DNA of 64,000 nucleotides from Candidatus Omnitrophota bacterium (GTDB taxonomy: Bacteria; Omnitrophota; Gorgyraeia; Duberdicusellales; 4484-171), in assembly GCA_018826075.1 (NCBI GenBank), contig JAHKAJ010000015.1:15091-79090 (forward strand). Direction: 5' to 3'. Within the stretch, counting starts at the first letter, position 1; every line of letters starts with the position of its first letter. This document shows, piece after piece, positions 19,789 to 29,395 of the stretch. The notes below the pieces were generated by a model. It was not told the DNA's origin. It saw only the letters and a list, made by a program, of their open reading frames with translations, and ran no database searches. A program made the position numbers and the translations under genes.

Positions 19789-20928
19789 CTATTTTATAAT
19801 ATAATCAAACGTCTTATTTATAAAATCCTCATCTATATCATCATATACCTGACAACTTCCAATTTCTTTCGGCAAAACAAACCTTAACTTATTATCTTTC
19901 TTTTTTTTATCTTTATTTATATTCAGCACACAATCTTTAATCAAATCATCACGGTTAAATGAGATCTTTTCGGTTTCAACCCTTATCGGAAGCCCGTATT
20001 GTCTAAGGATTTCCTCATGGGCCGCCAAAACAGTTTCATCAGATCCAAGGTATTGCTTTGCTAAATGGGCTGCAGCAACCATACCTAAAGACACACCTTC
20101 TCCATGTCTATATACCTCCTGAAGAGTATCGGTAGAAATCTCTATCGCATGGCCGAGGGTATGACCATAGTTCAACTTAAGCCTTTTAGCTTGTTCTTTT
20201 ACATCGCCGGCCACATGTTCAAGCTTTATCTCTATAGTTCTACACATAATATAAAACAAAACTTCCTCTTGGCGTTTAAGTATTTGTGCGCTATTAGCTT
20301 TAAGGTAACTAAAAAAATCCTTATCGCAGATAAAAGAACATTTTATAATCTCGGCTAACCCAGCCTTAAAGTCACGTTGAGATAATGATTCTATAAAGTC
20401 AAGATCTACGATATTTACTATCGGATGATAATAATTTCCTATAGCATTAATAGTCTTTCGGAAATTAATCGCTACTTTACCTCCAATACTACTATCGATC
20501 ATGGCAGTAAGGGTCGTTGGTATATGCGCAAGATTTATGCCTCTATGGTAAGTACTTGCCACAAAACCGGCTAAATCTCCGATGACTCCTCCCCCTAAAG
20601 CTATAATTGTTGAATCTCGCGAAAATCCGCTAATTTCAAGCAATTCGTAGATTTTGATTGCCTCACTTATAGTTTTATTGTGCTTGCCGGATTCCATAGC
20701 ATAAAAGTAAACATCGTAACCCTCCTTTGATAGAGAAGCTGCTAAGTTTTTGCTAACTTTATCTTTAAAAAAGGAATCAAAAACTAAAAGGATTTTTCTA
20801 TTTTTAGTTTTTTCCGACAATATCTCAACGAGATTACTCGTGAGCAAATCTTTTCCAATAAGAATATCATATTTGCTGCTATCAAAATTTACTCGATATT
20901 TCTTACTAGATAATGTTTTTTGACTCAT
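19789..20928 (-). CDS. 3-dehydroquinate-synthase-like sugar-phosphate cyclase (DHQS/DOIS/EEVS superfamily).
   Basis: GGGVIGDLAGFVASTYHRGINLAHIPTTL and the later metal-binding His residues; 379 aa. Confidence 0.7.
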   Translation of the reverse strand: MSQKTLSSKKYRVNFDSSKYDILIGKDLLTSNLVEILSEKTKNRKILLVFDSFFKDKVSKNLAASLSKEGYDVYFYAMESGKHNKTISEAIKIYELLEISGFSRDSTIIALGGGVIGDLAGFVASTYHRGINLAHIPTTLTAMIDSSIGGKVAINFRKTINAIGNYYHPIVNIVDLDFIESLSQRDFKAGLAEIIKCSFICDKDFFSYLKANSAQILKRQEEVLFYIMCRTIEIKLEHVAGDVKEQAKRLKLNYGHTLGHAIEISTDTLQEVYRHGEGVSLGMVAAAHLAKQYLGSDETVLAAHEEILRQYGLPIRVETEKISFNRDDLIKDCVLNINKDKKKKDNKLRFVLPKEIGSCQVYDDIDEDFINKTFDYIIK

Positions 20929-20937
20929 AATAACATC

Positions 20938-21600
20938 CTAAATTACAAAAAGGCCTGTGTTGACAATTAACTCTGCAACCTTAAAGTCTTCGGGTGTGTC
21001 AATGTCATGACCTTCAAAATGATCAATAAACTTTATATAAGAATTTTGAGAAATTCTCTGACCGGTTTTTTCAAAAATTTCCCTTTTAAATACGTACAAA
21101 CTAGATTGTTCAACGATCACCGGATCTATATCCTGAGTACGGGGAGTTGAAACGCCAAGAGAATAATTCAAAGGCTTGCCACCAAACCAACAAAACTTTT
21201 TTACCTGGTAGGCAGTGAAAGCTGAATCATATTCTCCACTGTTGACCTTATCTATACATTCAGCTATAGTCTGTGGCTTCAAGAAAGGTGAGGTAATATG
21301 TAAAAGCACAATCGTATCAGCCTTATCTTTCTTTAAAAACTCAGCTATAATATCTTGTATTTTTGCCTCTTGGCTATCCAGACTCTTGGGCCGCTCTAGA
21401 AACTTATATTTCAAACCATGCTCAATATGCTTGCAAATAGAATCCTCTGAGGCAAATATTACGACTTCATCGATCGAAGGAACTTTATTCATCGCCTTAA
21501 CTGTGTAATTTATTAAAGGAATACCCCCTAATTTTTTTATGTTTTTAAACGGGACTCTTTCGCTATTAAGCCTTGACGGTATGAATCCTACTGTCCTCAT
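20938..21600 (-). CDS. Acylneuraminate (nonulosonate) cytidylyltransferase-like (CTP_transf_3 family).
   Basis: VGFIPSRLNSERVPFKNIKKLGGIPLINYT. Confidence 0.6.
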   Translation of the reverse strand: MRTVGFIPSRLNSERVPFKNIKKLGGIPLINYTVKAMNKVPSIDEVVIFASEDSICKHIEHGLKYKFLERPKSLDSQEAKIQDIIAEFLKKDKADTIVLLHITSPFLKPQTIAECIDKVNSGEYDSAFTAYQVKKFCWFGGKPLNYSLGVSTPRTQDIDPVIVEQSSLYVFKREIFEKTGQRISQNSYIKFIDHFEGHDIDTPEDFKVAELIVNTGLFVI

Positions 21601-21610
21601 AATCCTTCCC

Positions 21611-22681
21611 CTATTTTTTTCTGCCGCCTAAATATTCTTCTTCATATTCGGCAGAGATTCTATCCAACACCTGCATTGCCTCTTTAGATGCTTTATTTTC
21701 AGCAAACTGTCTACGTAATTGGAGTTCATAATTTTCATCTGCTGACACCGGCGGCTCCCAACCGCAGCGTTTATATATTTTCAATCCTACACCTTCAGCA
21801 TACATCTTACGTGGAACATTTTGCTTTCGCATCATCCTACGGGTAACTGACGAAATTTTGGTCTCCAGTGAATCTACTATTTTCTCCATATAAGATTCAG
21901 GATCGATAACAAAACATTCAAAAGGTACGGTTATAAGCTTCGCTGCCGTTTGCCTTTCTTTAAGTTTAGCCTTAAAAGCTTTTGTTCTTTTAGTCATACT
22001 TTCTATTAAATAAATTGCCTTTTCAACGAGATTGGATTTTAAATATAGATCTTCCCAGCCGCGCACGAAATAAGGAAATGCCTTATTTTTATAAGTAAAA
22101 TAAACTTCAAAATGCCTTGGGTCTGACAAGAACAAACTCTCCATATTAAGCACTTCCTGCTTTAGCATATACAATGGGTGCCTAACCACTTCTATAAATA
22201 CAAGTTTTTTTCCAAGTGCCGAAAAAACAGAGCCTGCCCGGCCTAAAAGATCATGAGTAGTCAGATGTAATATCGGTTTATCCCTCTTAATACGTTCAGT
22301 TATTGCTTCATCGCCGGCCTGAAAGAGTCTTTTTAAATACCTGAAAGGTTTTGCATCACGAAATACACTTGAGGAATCAGTCAGCCTGAAATTTGTTTCA
22401 CGTGACATCATTAAGTTATAGATTCGAAGATCAGTAAATAACTTAATCAATGTCTGCGCTGTATCTTGATCTATTTTTTGCAAAAACTGTAAAGCACAAA
22501 CCATCTCAACCTCATAGGCAAAGGTAAGAAGCTCTACGCGCTCAAGAGCGGCAACAATCGGAGAAAGCATCGTCTTACCGCAACCCGGCTGGCCATCAAC
22601 AATAACAATTTTATTGCCAAACTCAACATCACGAACTATGGCAGTATCTTTTAAGTTAAGCTTTTGCAATACATCTTCCAT
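21611..22681 (-). CDS. P-loop protein, putatively a sulfotransferase or sugar kinase.
   Basis: IVIVDGQPGCGKTML (Walker-A / 5'-PSB-like) and VVRHPLYM (3'-PB-like RxP). The PAPS cassette lies in the same array. Confidence 0.3.
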   Translation of the reverse strand: MEDVLQKLNLKDTAIVRDVEFGNKIVIVDGQPGCGKTMLSPIVAALERVELLTFAYEVEMVCALQFLQKIDQDTAQTLIKLFTDLRIYNLMMSRETNFRLTDSSSVFRDAKPFRYLKRLFQAGDEAITERIKRDKPILHLTTHDLLGRAGSVFSALGKKLVFIEVVRHPLYMLKQEVLNMESLFLSDPRHFEVYFTYKNKAFPYFVRGWEDLYLKSNLVEKAIYLIESMTKRTKAFKAKLKERQTAAKLITVPFECFVIDPESYMEKIVDSLETKISSVTRRMMRKQNVPRKMYAEGVGLKIYKRCGWEPPVSADENYELQLRRQFAENKASKEAMQVLDRISAEYEEEYLGGRKK

Positions 22682-22692
22682 TTTTTACTACT

Positions 22693-23880
22693 TCATCCTC
22701 TACTGCCGGCTATACAACAACCAATAATCTCAATCACCTTATCTTGTTGCTTTGGAGTAAGCCCCACCGAACAAGGTAGACTTAAACCGCTTTTATGTAC
22801 ATCATCGACAACTTCCATTCTATGAGCATAGCAATCTTTAAACGGTGGCAAAGAATACAAAGGATGCCAAAAAAGCCGAGTTTCAATATTGGCGGCCTTC
22901 AATTTTTCCAACAGTTGCTTATTGCTCAAACCATAACTATTCTTATCTATTAAAATTGTATAAAGCCAGAAGATAGACCTGATACCTTGAGCTTCCTGAG
23001 GTAAGGTAATTCCTTTTACTCCGGTTAAGGCTTCATTGTATTTTTTTGCGATTTGCCTCTTCTTGACTATAAATTCGTCAAGCTGTTCCATCTGAGCCAC
23101 TCCTATGGCTGCTTGAATATTAGTCAAGCGATAATTATAGCCGATTTCGTTATGGATATGTTCCAAGGCATCATCTCTGGCTTGGGTAATAAAATAGCGT
23201 GCTCTCTGAGCTAACTTTTGATTATCGGTTAAAATCATTCCGCCGCCGCCGGTTGTAATAATCTTGTTACCATTAAAACTCAAGCAAGCAAGCTCTCCCA
23301 GACTTCCCACTTTCCTTTCTTTGTATAGGCCCCCCAGACTTTGAGCTGCATCTTCAATCACTTTTAACCCAAAACGCTCAGCTATTTTCAAAATCGGATC
23401 CATATCTACAGAATGCCCTAAAAGATGCACCGGCAATATCGCCTTTACAGCTCTTTTGGTTTTAAGATTGATAAACTTTCCCTTTGAATACTTACACTCT
23501 CTAGTCAGAAAATCGTTAACCTTATCTGGATCGATTTGCAGGAAATTCGATTCAACATCAATAAATACAGGGTAAGCACCAATATATTTAACCGCATTGG
23601 CTGAAGCAACGAAAGTTAAGCCCGGCAATAGCACTTCCTCGTCCGGCCTAATACCCGCTACCATTAAAGCAATGTGTAAAGCTGATGTTCCATTAATGCA
23701 GGCAACCGCAAATTTTCTTCCTATATAATTGGCTACCACGCCTTCAAACTTATTTACATATTCACCGGACGATGAAACCCAATTAGTATCCAGACATTCC
23801 TTCACATATTTCCACTCATTACCTTGAATTTGAGGAACGCTTAGACAAATTGCTTTTTTATTATTTTCCTTTTCAACCAT
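22693..23880 (-). CDS. DegT/DnrJ/EryC1-family PLP sugar aminotransferase.
   Basis: Family-typical N-terminus, SSGEYV...SLNGNKIITTGGGGM, and a Lys-containing PLP region. Confidence 0.8.
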   Translation of the reverse strand: MVEKENNKKAICLSVPQIQGNEWKYVKECLDTNWVSSSGEYVNKFEGVVANYIGRKFAVACINGTSALHIALMVAGIRPDEEVLLPGLTFVASANAVKYIGAYPVFIDVESNFLQIDPDKVNDFLTRECKYSKGKFINLKTKRAVKAILPVHLLGHSVDMDPILKIAERFGLKVIEDAAQSLGGLYKERKVGSLGELACLSFNGNKIITTGGGGMILTDNQKLAQRARYFITQARDDALEHIHNEIGYNYRLTNIQAAIGVAQMEQLDEFIVKKRQIAKKYNEALTGVKGITLPQEAQGIRSIFWLYTILIDKNSYGLSNKQLLEKLKAANIETRLFWHPLYSLPPFKDCYAHRMEVVDDVHKSGLSLPCSVGLTPKQQDKVIEIIGCCIAGSRG

Positions 23881-23882
23881 AA

Positions 23883-24884
23883 TTAAATTACATACCTGTC
23901 TTTCTGGTAAAATTCTAAGTTTTTCTCATCCTTAAACCAGGCTATTGTTTTCTCAAGGCCTTGCTCTAAAGAAACTCGCGGCTGCCATTTTAATATTTTT
24001 CTTGCCTTAGTAATATCAGCCTGGAGCAGCATCACTTCGCTATTCTTAGGACGGATTCTCTCTTTTTTGCTTATAATCGAAGGTGTGTTGCCAATTAACT
24101 TAAAAATCATCGTTGATAACTCTTTAATAGATAAGGCCTCTCCAAAACCAATATTAAATACTTGGCCCAAGGCCGACTCTTGCGCCATAGCAGCACAAAT
24201 AAAACCAGAAACAGTATCTTCAACAAAAGTCAAATCACGCTTGGGGGTAAGTAAACCTATATGCACTACTTTTTTGGTTAGAGCCTGTATGACAATCGTA
24301 GGTATAATTGCTCGTGCTGACTGCCGAGGACCATAAGTATTGAAGGGGCGAACCATAACAACCGGCAGCCCAAAGGAACGATAAAAACTTTCAGCGATCT
24401 TATCAGCGCCTATTTTCGTCGCAGAATAAGGAGATTGTCCTTGCAAGGGATGCTTCTCATCTATCGGCGTATATTGTGCTGTTCCATAAGTCTCACTGGT
24501 TGAAGTATGTATGAAACGTTTCACTTTCATGTCTTTTGCCGCCTGCAAAAGATTTAAAGTACCTGTAATATTAGTCTGCACATATGAAGCTGGTGCATGA
24601 TACGAATAAGGAATACCAATTAAGGCTGCTAAGTGAAAAATATACTCCCTGCCTTTCATCGCCTTGTACACATTATCTCTATCGGTTATATCGCCAAGTA
24701 TAATGTCCATTTCATTGGACTTACAAGAGTTATCAAGCCAACCCCAGCGCCCTAAAGAATTGTAATGAACAAAAGCTCTTACCTCAGCGCCTAACTCAAG
24801 GAGACGTTCGCATAAATGACTTCCGATGAATCCTCCGGCTCCGGTAACAAAAACTTTTTTATTTTTCCAGCTGAAGCGCGCCAT
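23883..24884 (-). CDS. NAD-dependent NDP-sugar 4,6-dehydratase/epimerase (extended SDR; LegB/PseB-like).
   Basis: KVFVTGAGGFIGSHL, TSTSETYG, YSATK. Confidence 0.6.
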   Translation of the reverse strand: MARFSWKNKKVFVTGAGGFIGSHLCERLLELGAEVRAFVHYNSLGRWGWLDNSCKSNEMDIILGDITDRDNVYKAMKGREYIFHLAALIGIPYSYHAPASYVQTNITGTLNLLQAAKDMKVKRFIHTSTSETYGTAQYTPIDEKHPLQGQSPYSATKIGADKIAESFYRSFGLPVVMVRPFNTYGPRQSARAIIPTIVIQALTKKVVHIGLLTPKRDLTFVEDTVSGFICAAMAQESALGQVFNIGFGEALSIKELSTMIFKLIGNTPSIISKKERIRPKNSEVMLLQADITKARKILKWQPRVSLEQGLEKTIAWFKDEKNLEFYQKDRYVI

Positions 24885-25938
24885 TCTTAATGTCCTCCTT
24901 TGCTTGTTCGTAATTTTCAGGATGTCCTATATCAAGCCAATACTCCTGTATAGGAAAACAAACTACTCTATGATTAGCTTTTAGTAACTCATTAACTAAA
25001 TCGGTCATATCAAAATTGACATTTTTAGGAATATAGTTGTAAGCTATAGGTTCTAACAAATAAATTCCGGCATTAACAATAAAATTCTTTACTGGTTTTT
25101 CGATAAGCCTTTTTACAACCACATCATCAATATCAATAACTCCATAAGGTATCTCTATCTCGCACTTGCGCACCCCTACAGTCATTATTGCATCATGATG
25201 ACGATGAAAATCCAGCAACCTACGAAAATCTAATTGAGTCAACACGTCTCCGTTAATAACCAAAGTCGGCTCATCCATTGGTTTCATTAATCCCAAAGCT
25301 CCGGCAGTCCCCAAAGGCTGGTCCTCGTTGACATAATCAATATCTACCCCAAAAGCATCTCCTTTGCCAAAATGTTTTATAATCACATCAGATTTATAAT
25401 GAGTAGAAATATTTACTTTTGTGATTCCTGATTTACGCAGCTGCTTTATCGTACGCTCCATCAAGGGGCGATCCTCTAAAAGAAGCATCGGTTTTGGTGT
25501 ATCTTTAGTAAGCGGATGCAAGCGCTGCCCCTTTCCGCCGGCCATGACCACTGCTCTAACCGGCATATTAAGCTCTTCTTCAACCAGCTCTGAAAGCAAA
25601 GCCAGTTCTACGATGTGGGAGTCACTGTCGAGAAGCGGTATTTGTTTTAGCTTTTTCTCACTCATGATTTCAATGAGCTTTTCATGAAGCGTATTGTAAG
25701 GCATTGAAACCGGAACTGGATAGTCTTCAGGACGACAATCAAGCAAGACAGTAATCTTTTTACTTAAAGGGATTTTATTCAAAATGGCTCTGCGGATATC
25801 TCCATCGGTTATTGTTCCAACAAGACGCTGTTGATCATCTACAACAAGAGATATGCCGACACCTCCACGCTGTATAACAGTTAAAGTTTCCTCGATTGTA
25901 TTATCGCAACTTACAAATACTTTTTTTACGTCTTTCAT
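24859..25938 (-). CDS. CBS-pair plus sugar-1-phosphate nucleotidyltransferase (PtmE-like).
   Basis: N-terminal CBS domains (VGTITDGDIRRAI) followed by AVVMAGGKGQRLHPLT. Confidence 0.7.
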   Translation of the reverse strand: MKDVKKVFVSCDNTIEETLTVIQRGGVGISLVVDDQQRLVGTITDGDIRRAILNKIPLSKKITVLLDCRPEDYPVPVSMPYNTLHEKLIEIMSEKKLKQIPLLDSDSHIVELALLSELVEEELNMPVRAVVMAGGKGQRLHPLTKDTPKPMLLLEDRPLMERTIKQLRKSGITKVNISTHYKSDVIIKHFGKGDAFGVDIDYVNEDQPLGTAGALGLMKPMDEPTLVINGDVLTQLDFRRLLDFHRHHDAIMTVGVRKCEIEIPYGVIDIDDVVVKRLIEKPVKNFIVNAGIYLLEPIAYNYIPKNVNFDMTDLVNELLKANHRVVCFPIQEYWLDIGHPENYEQAKEDIKNGALQLEK

Positions 25939-25966
25939 TTTAAATCATTTTTACCATCTTCAACCC

Positions 25967-27166
25967 TCAAGATACTTTATGCTTAAGTTTCCATTCACCA
26001 TTTATTTTTTCCCAAAGATGAGGTGAAAGAGAGCGATAGAAATCGATAACTTCCCAAAATTGCTCTTCTTTAATATCTAAGTATTCAAGAAATTCCTTAA
26101 AGTATTTTTTAGGAAATTCGCCATCGTAACGATGGACTAAGGCTACACCCTCTTCTCTGGTTAAATGCCCGTCTCTGATTTCATGTGCAGCATCTGATGT
26201 AGCACGGGCAATGCCAAACTTGATATATGCCAGATAAAAATGGAATCCGTCGGTCTTGTCATCCAAACTGGCATATTTAGAATATGTGCCCTCTGAACGC
26301 CCGTCAAAGTTTGCCTGAAAACCAGTATGATCAACAGAATAATAGTAATTCTCCTGCGGCACCCACTTTTTATAAAAAGAAAACCAGTGCATCTGCGGTT
26401 TAAGTTTCTCTATATCCTCAAACGGAGGCATTCGATAAAACTGGAAAGGATCACTCTTTACTTCTTCTTCGCTAAACAACCCCGCCTTTTGGCCATGTTT
26501 TATAATTTCATCGACACCAGAACCCTTATAATAAACTTCTTTATAATTATCGGTTGGTTCCACCGGACTATCTACATAGGCAGTAGAACCTCCATATTCT
26601 ACTTCGCCACTTTCGCCATAGAAAATTAAAGGAATCTTAAACTTGGTAGCAATATGAAAAGCATATGCCTTTTGCCCATAAGCAAAAGGCTCCCAAGCAT
26701 CACCCAATAATTCAAAACTAAGACGAGCTAATTTACGATGGATTATTCCGTTAGGAAAACACAAAAGGTTATCAAACCCATGATCTTTAAAGGCGATATA
26801 ATTCTGCCAACCAACGTCTGTGTACATAAAAGGTGCCCAGGTTACAGTGAGCGGGTGCATCCGATATTTATATTTCAGTTGATGGGCAACATAACTACTA
26901 TCCTTTCCGCCGGAACCAGGAACAACGCAGTCATAACTTCCATCCCTGGACCTGTGCTTATCAAGCAACTCCAAAAGCATTTTTTCTCTTTTAACCCAAT
27001 CAATCTTATTATGCTTAAGATAAGCATAGTTACATGCGCTACAGACTCCCTTTTCATCAAAGGTAATTCTTGGCCTTTGGTTTGAAACCACACATTTTGT
27101 ACAATATCTAACCTTTTTGGGGCTTTTTGCTAATTGTCGATCTAAGGTTTTTCCTGAAAACAACAT
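25967..27166 (-). CDS. N-acetyl-sugar amidotransferase (WbpG/PseA/LfnA family, PP-loop).
   Basis: CTKCVVSNQRPRITFDEKGVCSAC Zn ribbon and SGGKDS PP-loop. Confidence 0.7.
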   Translation of the reverse strand: MLFSGKTLDRQLAKSPKKVRYCTKCVVSNQRPRITFDEKGVCSACNYAYLKHNKIDWVKREKMLLELLDKHRSRDGSYDCVVPGSGGKDSSYVAHQLKYKYRMHPLTVTWAPFMYTDVGWQNYIAFKDHGFDNLLCFPNGIIHRKLARLSFELLGDAWEPFAYGQKAYAFHIATKFKIPLIFYGESGEVEYGGSTAYVDSPVEPTDNYKEVYYKGSGVDEIIKHGQKAGLFSEEEVKSDPFQFYRMPPFEDIEKLKPQMHWFSFYKKWVPQENYYYSVDHTGFQANFDGRSEGTYSKYASLDDKTDGFHFYLAYIKFGIARATSDAAHEIRDGHLTREEGVALVHRYDGEFPKKYFKEFLEYLDIKEEQFWEVIDFYRSLSPHLWEKINGEWKLKHKVS

Positions 27167-27205
27167 TATTTCTCCTTTCTCTAGCCAAAAATCCTATTGG
27201 TAAAT

Positions 27206-27862
27206 TTAAACAGCATATAAAAACTCTTTTAAAATTCGCAAACCTACATTCGCACTTACCTCAGGATGAAACTGACATCCAAACACATTCTTAGAACGTA
27301 TTACCGAACAAAAACGACGCTGGCCATATTCAGTTTCAGCAAGAATATGTTCGGGTCTTTGAGAAACAACTGTGTACGAATGTACAAAATAGACAAATTC
27401 ACCCTCAACAGTAGTAGATAAAATGCTGCTCTGCCACTGGCTGGATTCAACTGGCCGAAGCAAGCGGTTCCACCCTACATGCGGTATTTTATAGTTAGAG
27501 CAGCCGTTTTCCGGCTCTAGAAAACGCCGCACCGACCCGGAAATAATATCCAAACCTCGATGCCGACCAAATTCTTCGCTCTCGGTCATAAGAAGCTGCA
27601 TGCCTAAACATATTCCTAAAAACGGCTTACCGGCATCAATGACTTTTAGTATCGGCGCAATTAGCCCCATCTTTCTTATCTTGTCCATGCCATCGCCAAA
27701 AGCACCTACCCCAGGTAAAATAACCCGCTCAGCAGAAGCTATAGCCTCCGAGTCAGAAGATACGACTGCAATCCCACCAAGATACCTTATCACTCTTTCT
27801 AGACTGAAAAGATTGCCCATTCCATAGTCGATTATCACAGTAACTGGCCTTGTGCCTTTCAT
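27206..27862 (-). CDS. HisH-like glutamine amidotransferase subunit (WbuY-type).
   Basis: VIIDYGMGNLFS...GICLGMQLL...HPE class-I GATase triad context. Confidence 0.75.
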   Translation of the reverse strand: MKGTRPVTVIIDYGMGNLFSLERVIRYLGGIAVVSSDSEAIASAERVILPGVGAFGDGMDKIRKMGLIAPILKVIDAGKPFLGICLGMQLLMTESEEFGRHRGLDIISGSVRRFLEPENGCSNYKIPHVGWNRLLRPVESSQWQSSILSTTVEGEFVYFVHSYTVVSQRPEHILAETEYGQRRFCSVIRSKNVFGCQFHPEVSANVGLRILKEFLYAV

Positions 27863-28776
27863 ATTTTCTCTGCTTTTATAACCTCTCTAAAGGCCTCTAC
27901 AGCTCTACAGTCAATACCGGAATCAGATAAATATTTTTTAGCAGTTAGTATGTCTACCGGCTCAAGCCTCTTTTTCATAAAATCTAATGACTCTCTATTT
28001 TGGCTAATAAATTCAACATTACCTTCTTCTGTGAACTTTTCAGCCGAACGCAGTCTCTCTAAACAATGGTAATGAAAAATAGAGGCAGCGCTTACAGCAT
28101 CGGCATGGCCGGTTTCGATAACTTCAAGAAAATGTTCAGTCTTTCCGGCACCGCCACAGGCGATAACCGGAACGGGCACTGATTCTGAAATCATTTTAAT
28201 CAACCCTAAATCATATCCCCTGCCAGTTCCTTCCTTATCGATACTGGTAATAAGCAGTTCTCCGGCGCCAAGGCTAACTGCCTGCTGTGCCCAATCAAAT
28301 ACATCTTTTTCGGTTTTTTCTCGACCATTATCAGTTAAAGCCTCGTATTTACCCTCGCTTCTAAATTTAGCCTCAATCGAAATAACAATACACTGTGAAC
28401 CAAAAACTTTTGCAGCCTCGCTGATAAAGATGGGATTTCTTATGGCGGCAGTATTTATCGCTACCTTATCTGCGCCGGCCCTTAATAACTCTCTTATATC
28501 CTCAATAGTTCTGATTCCACCGCCGGCGGTCAAAGGAATAAATATATTTTGAGCTGCTCTCCTCACAATCTCTAAAAGATTTTCTCTGCCGTAAAGACTG
28601 GCAACAACATCAATATAGATAAGTTCATCGGCCCCATCAGTATAATATTTTGAAGCAAAGTCCTCGGCTTTGCCTAAAACTCTAAGACCTTCAAGGTGAA
28701 CTCCTTTAACTAAATTAGGACCTTTAATATCAAGGCGCGGTATAATTCTTATCATCTCTTCCCCATAACCTTGCAA
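27859..28776 (-). CDS. HisF-like cyclase subunit (WbuZ-type).
   Basis: IIPRLDIKG...TAGGGIRTIED. Confidence 0.75.
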   Translation of the reverse strand: MQGYGEEMIRIIPRLDIKGPNLVKGVHLEGLRVLGKAEDFASKYYTDGADELIYIDVVASLYGRENLLEIVRRAAQNIFIPLTAGGGIRTIEDIRELLRAGADKVAINTAAIRNPIFISEAAKVFGSQCIVISIEAKFRSEGKYEALTDNGREKTEKDVFDWAQQAVSLGAGELLITSIDKEGTGRGYDLGLIKMISESVPVPVIACGGAGKTEHFLEVIETGHADAVSAASIFHYHCLERLRSAEKFTEEGNVEFISQNRESLDFMKKRLEPVDILTAKKYLSDSGIDCRAVEAFREVIKAEKI

Positions 28777-29393
28777 GGATTTCCAAAGGCTTTTGAATTA
28801 TCCTCGATATCGCTGATTACCACACTGCCAGAACCAATTAAACAATTACAGCCTACATTAATTCCCTGATTAACTACTGTGCCAACTCCGATATGGCTAA
28901 ACTTACCAATAGTTACCCCTCCGCTTAAAGTAACTCCCGGAGCGATATGAACCAGCTCTGCAATTTGACAATCATGGTCAACAGAAGACAATGTGTTTAT
29001 TATCGCATTCTTTCCGACCCTTGTTCCTGGATTAACCACTGCGCCAGTCCCGATAAATACGCCTTCATCGAGGGAACATTCTTTTGCAATAACAGCTGCC
29101 GGATGAACAATCGTTGGTAAATTAAACCCTATCTCTTTAAGTTGCTTATAAATCTTCCCTCTTATTGAAAAATCACCTATTGAACCAACAGCAATAAAGG
29201 CATTTTTAATGCCCCGGTTGTAAATATCCAATAAATTATTATCGCTACCAATTACAGAAATATTCGAAACTTTTTTACCTATATCTATATTCGGGTCAAC
29301 AATACCTTCTATTTCAAACTGCTTCGCTTTCAAAACAGCATCAATGATAACTTTACAATGTCCGCCGCCGCCGATAAGTATAATCTTTTCCAT
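28752..29393 (-). CDS. NeuD/PglD-family sugar N-acetyltransferase.
   Basis: ILIGGGGHCKVIIDAV N-terminal domain followed by hexapeptide repeats. Confidence 0.7.
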   Translation of the reverse strand: MEKIILIGGGGHCKVIIDAVLKAKQFEIEGIVDPNIDIGKKVSNISVIGSDNNLLDIYNRGIKNAFIAVGSIGDFSIRGKIYKQLKEIGFNLPTIVHPAAVIAKECSLDEGVFIGTGAVVNPGTRVGKNAIINTLSSVDHDCQIAELVHIAPGVTLSGGVTIGKFSHIGVGTVVNQGINVGCNCLIGSGSVVISDIEDNSKAFGNPCKVMGKR

Positions 29394-29395
29394 CG

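Noticed and set aside
27206-28776. HisH/HisF as part of a histidine biosynthesis operon.
   Set aside because: No hisA, hisB, hisC, hisD, hisG or hisI is present in 64 kb. The pair directly follows a WbpG-type amidotransferase, which is the known glycan-amidination arrangement.
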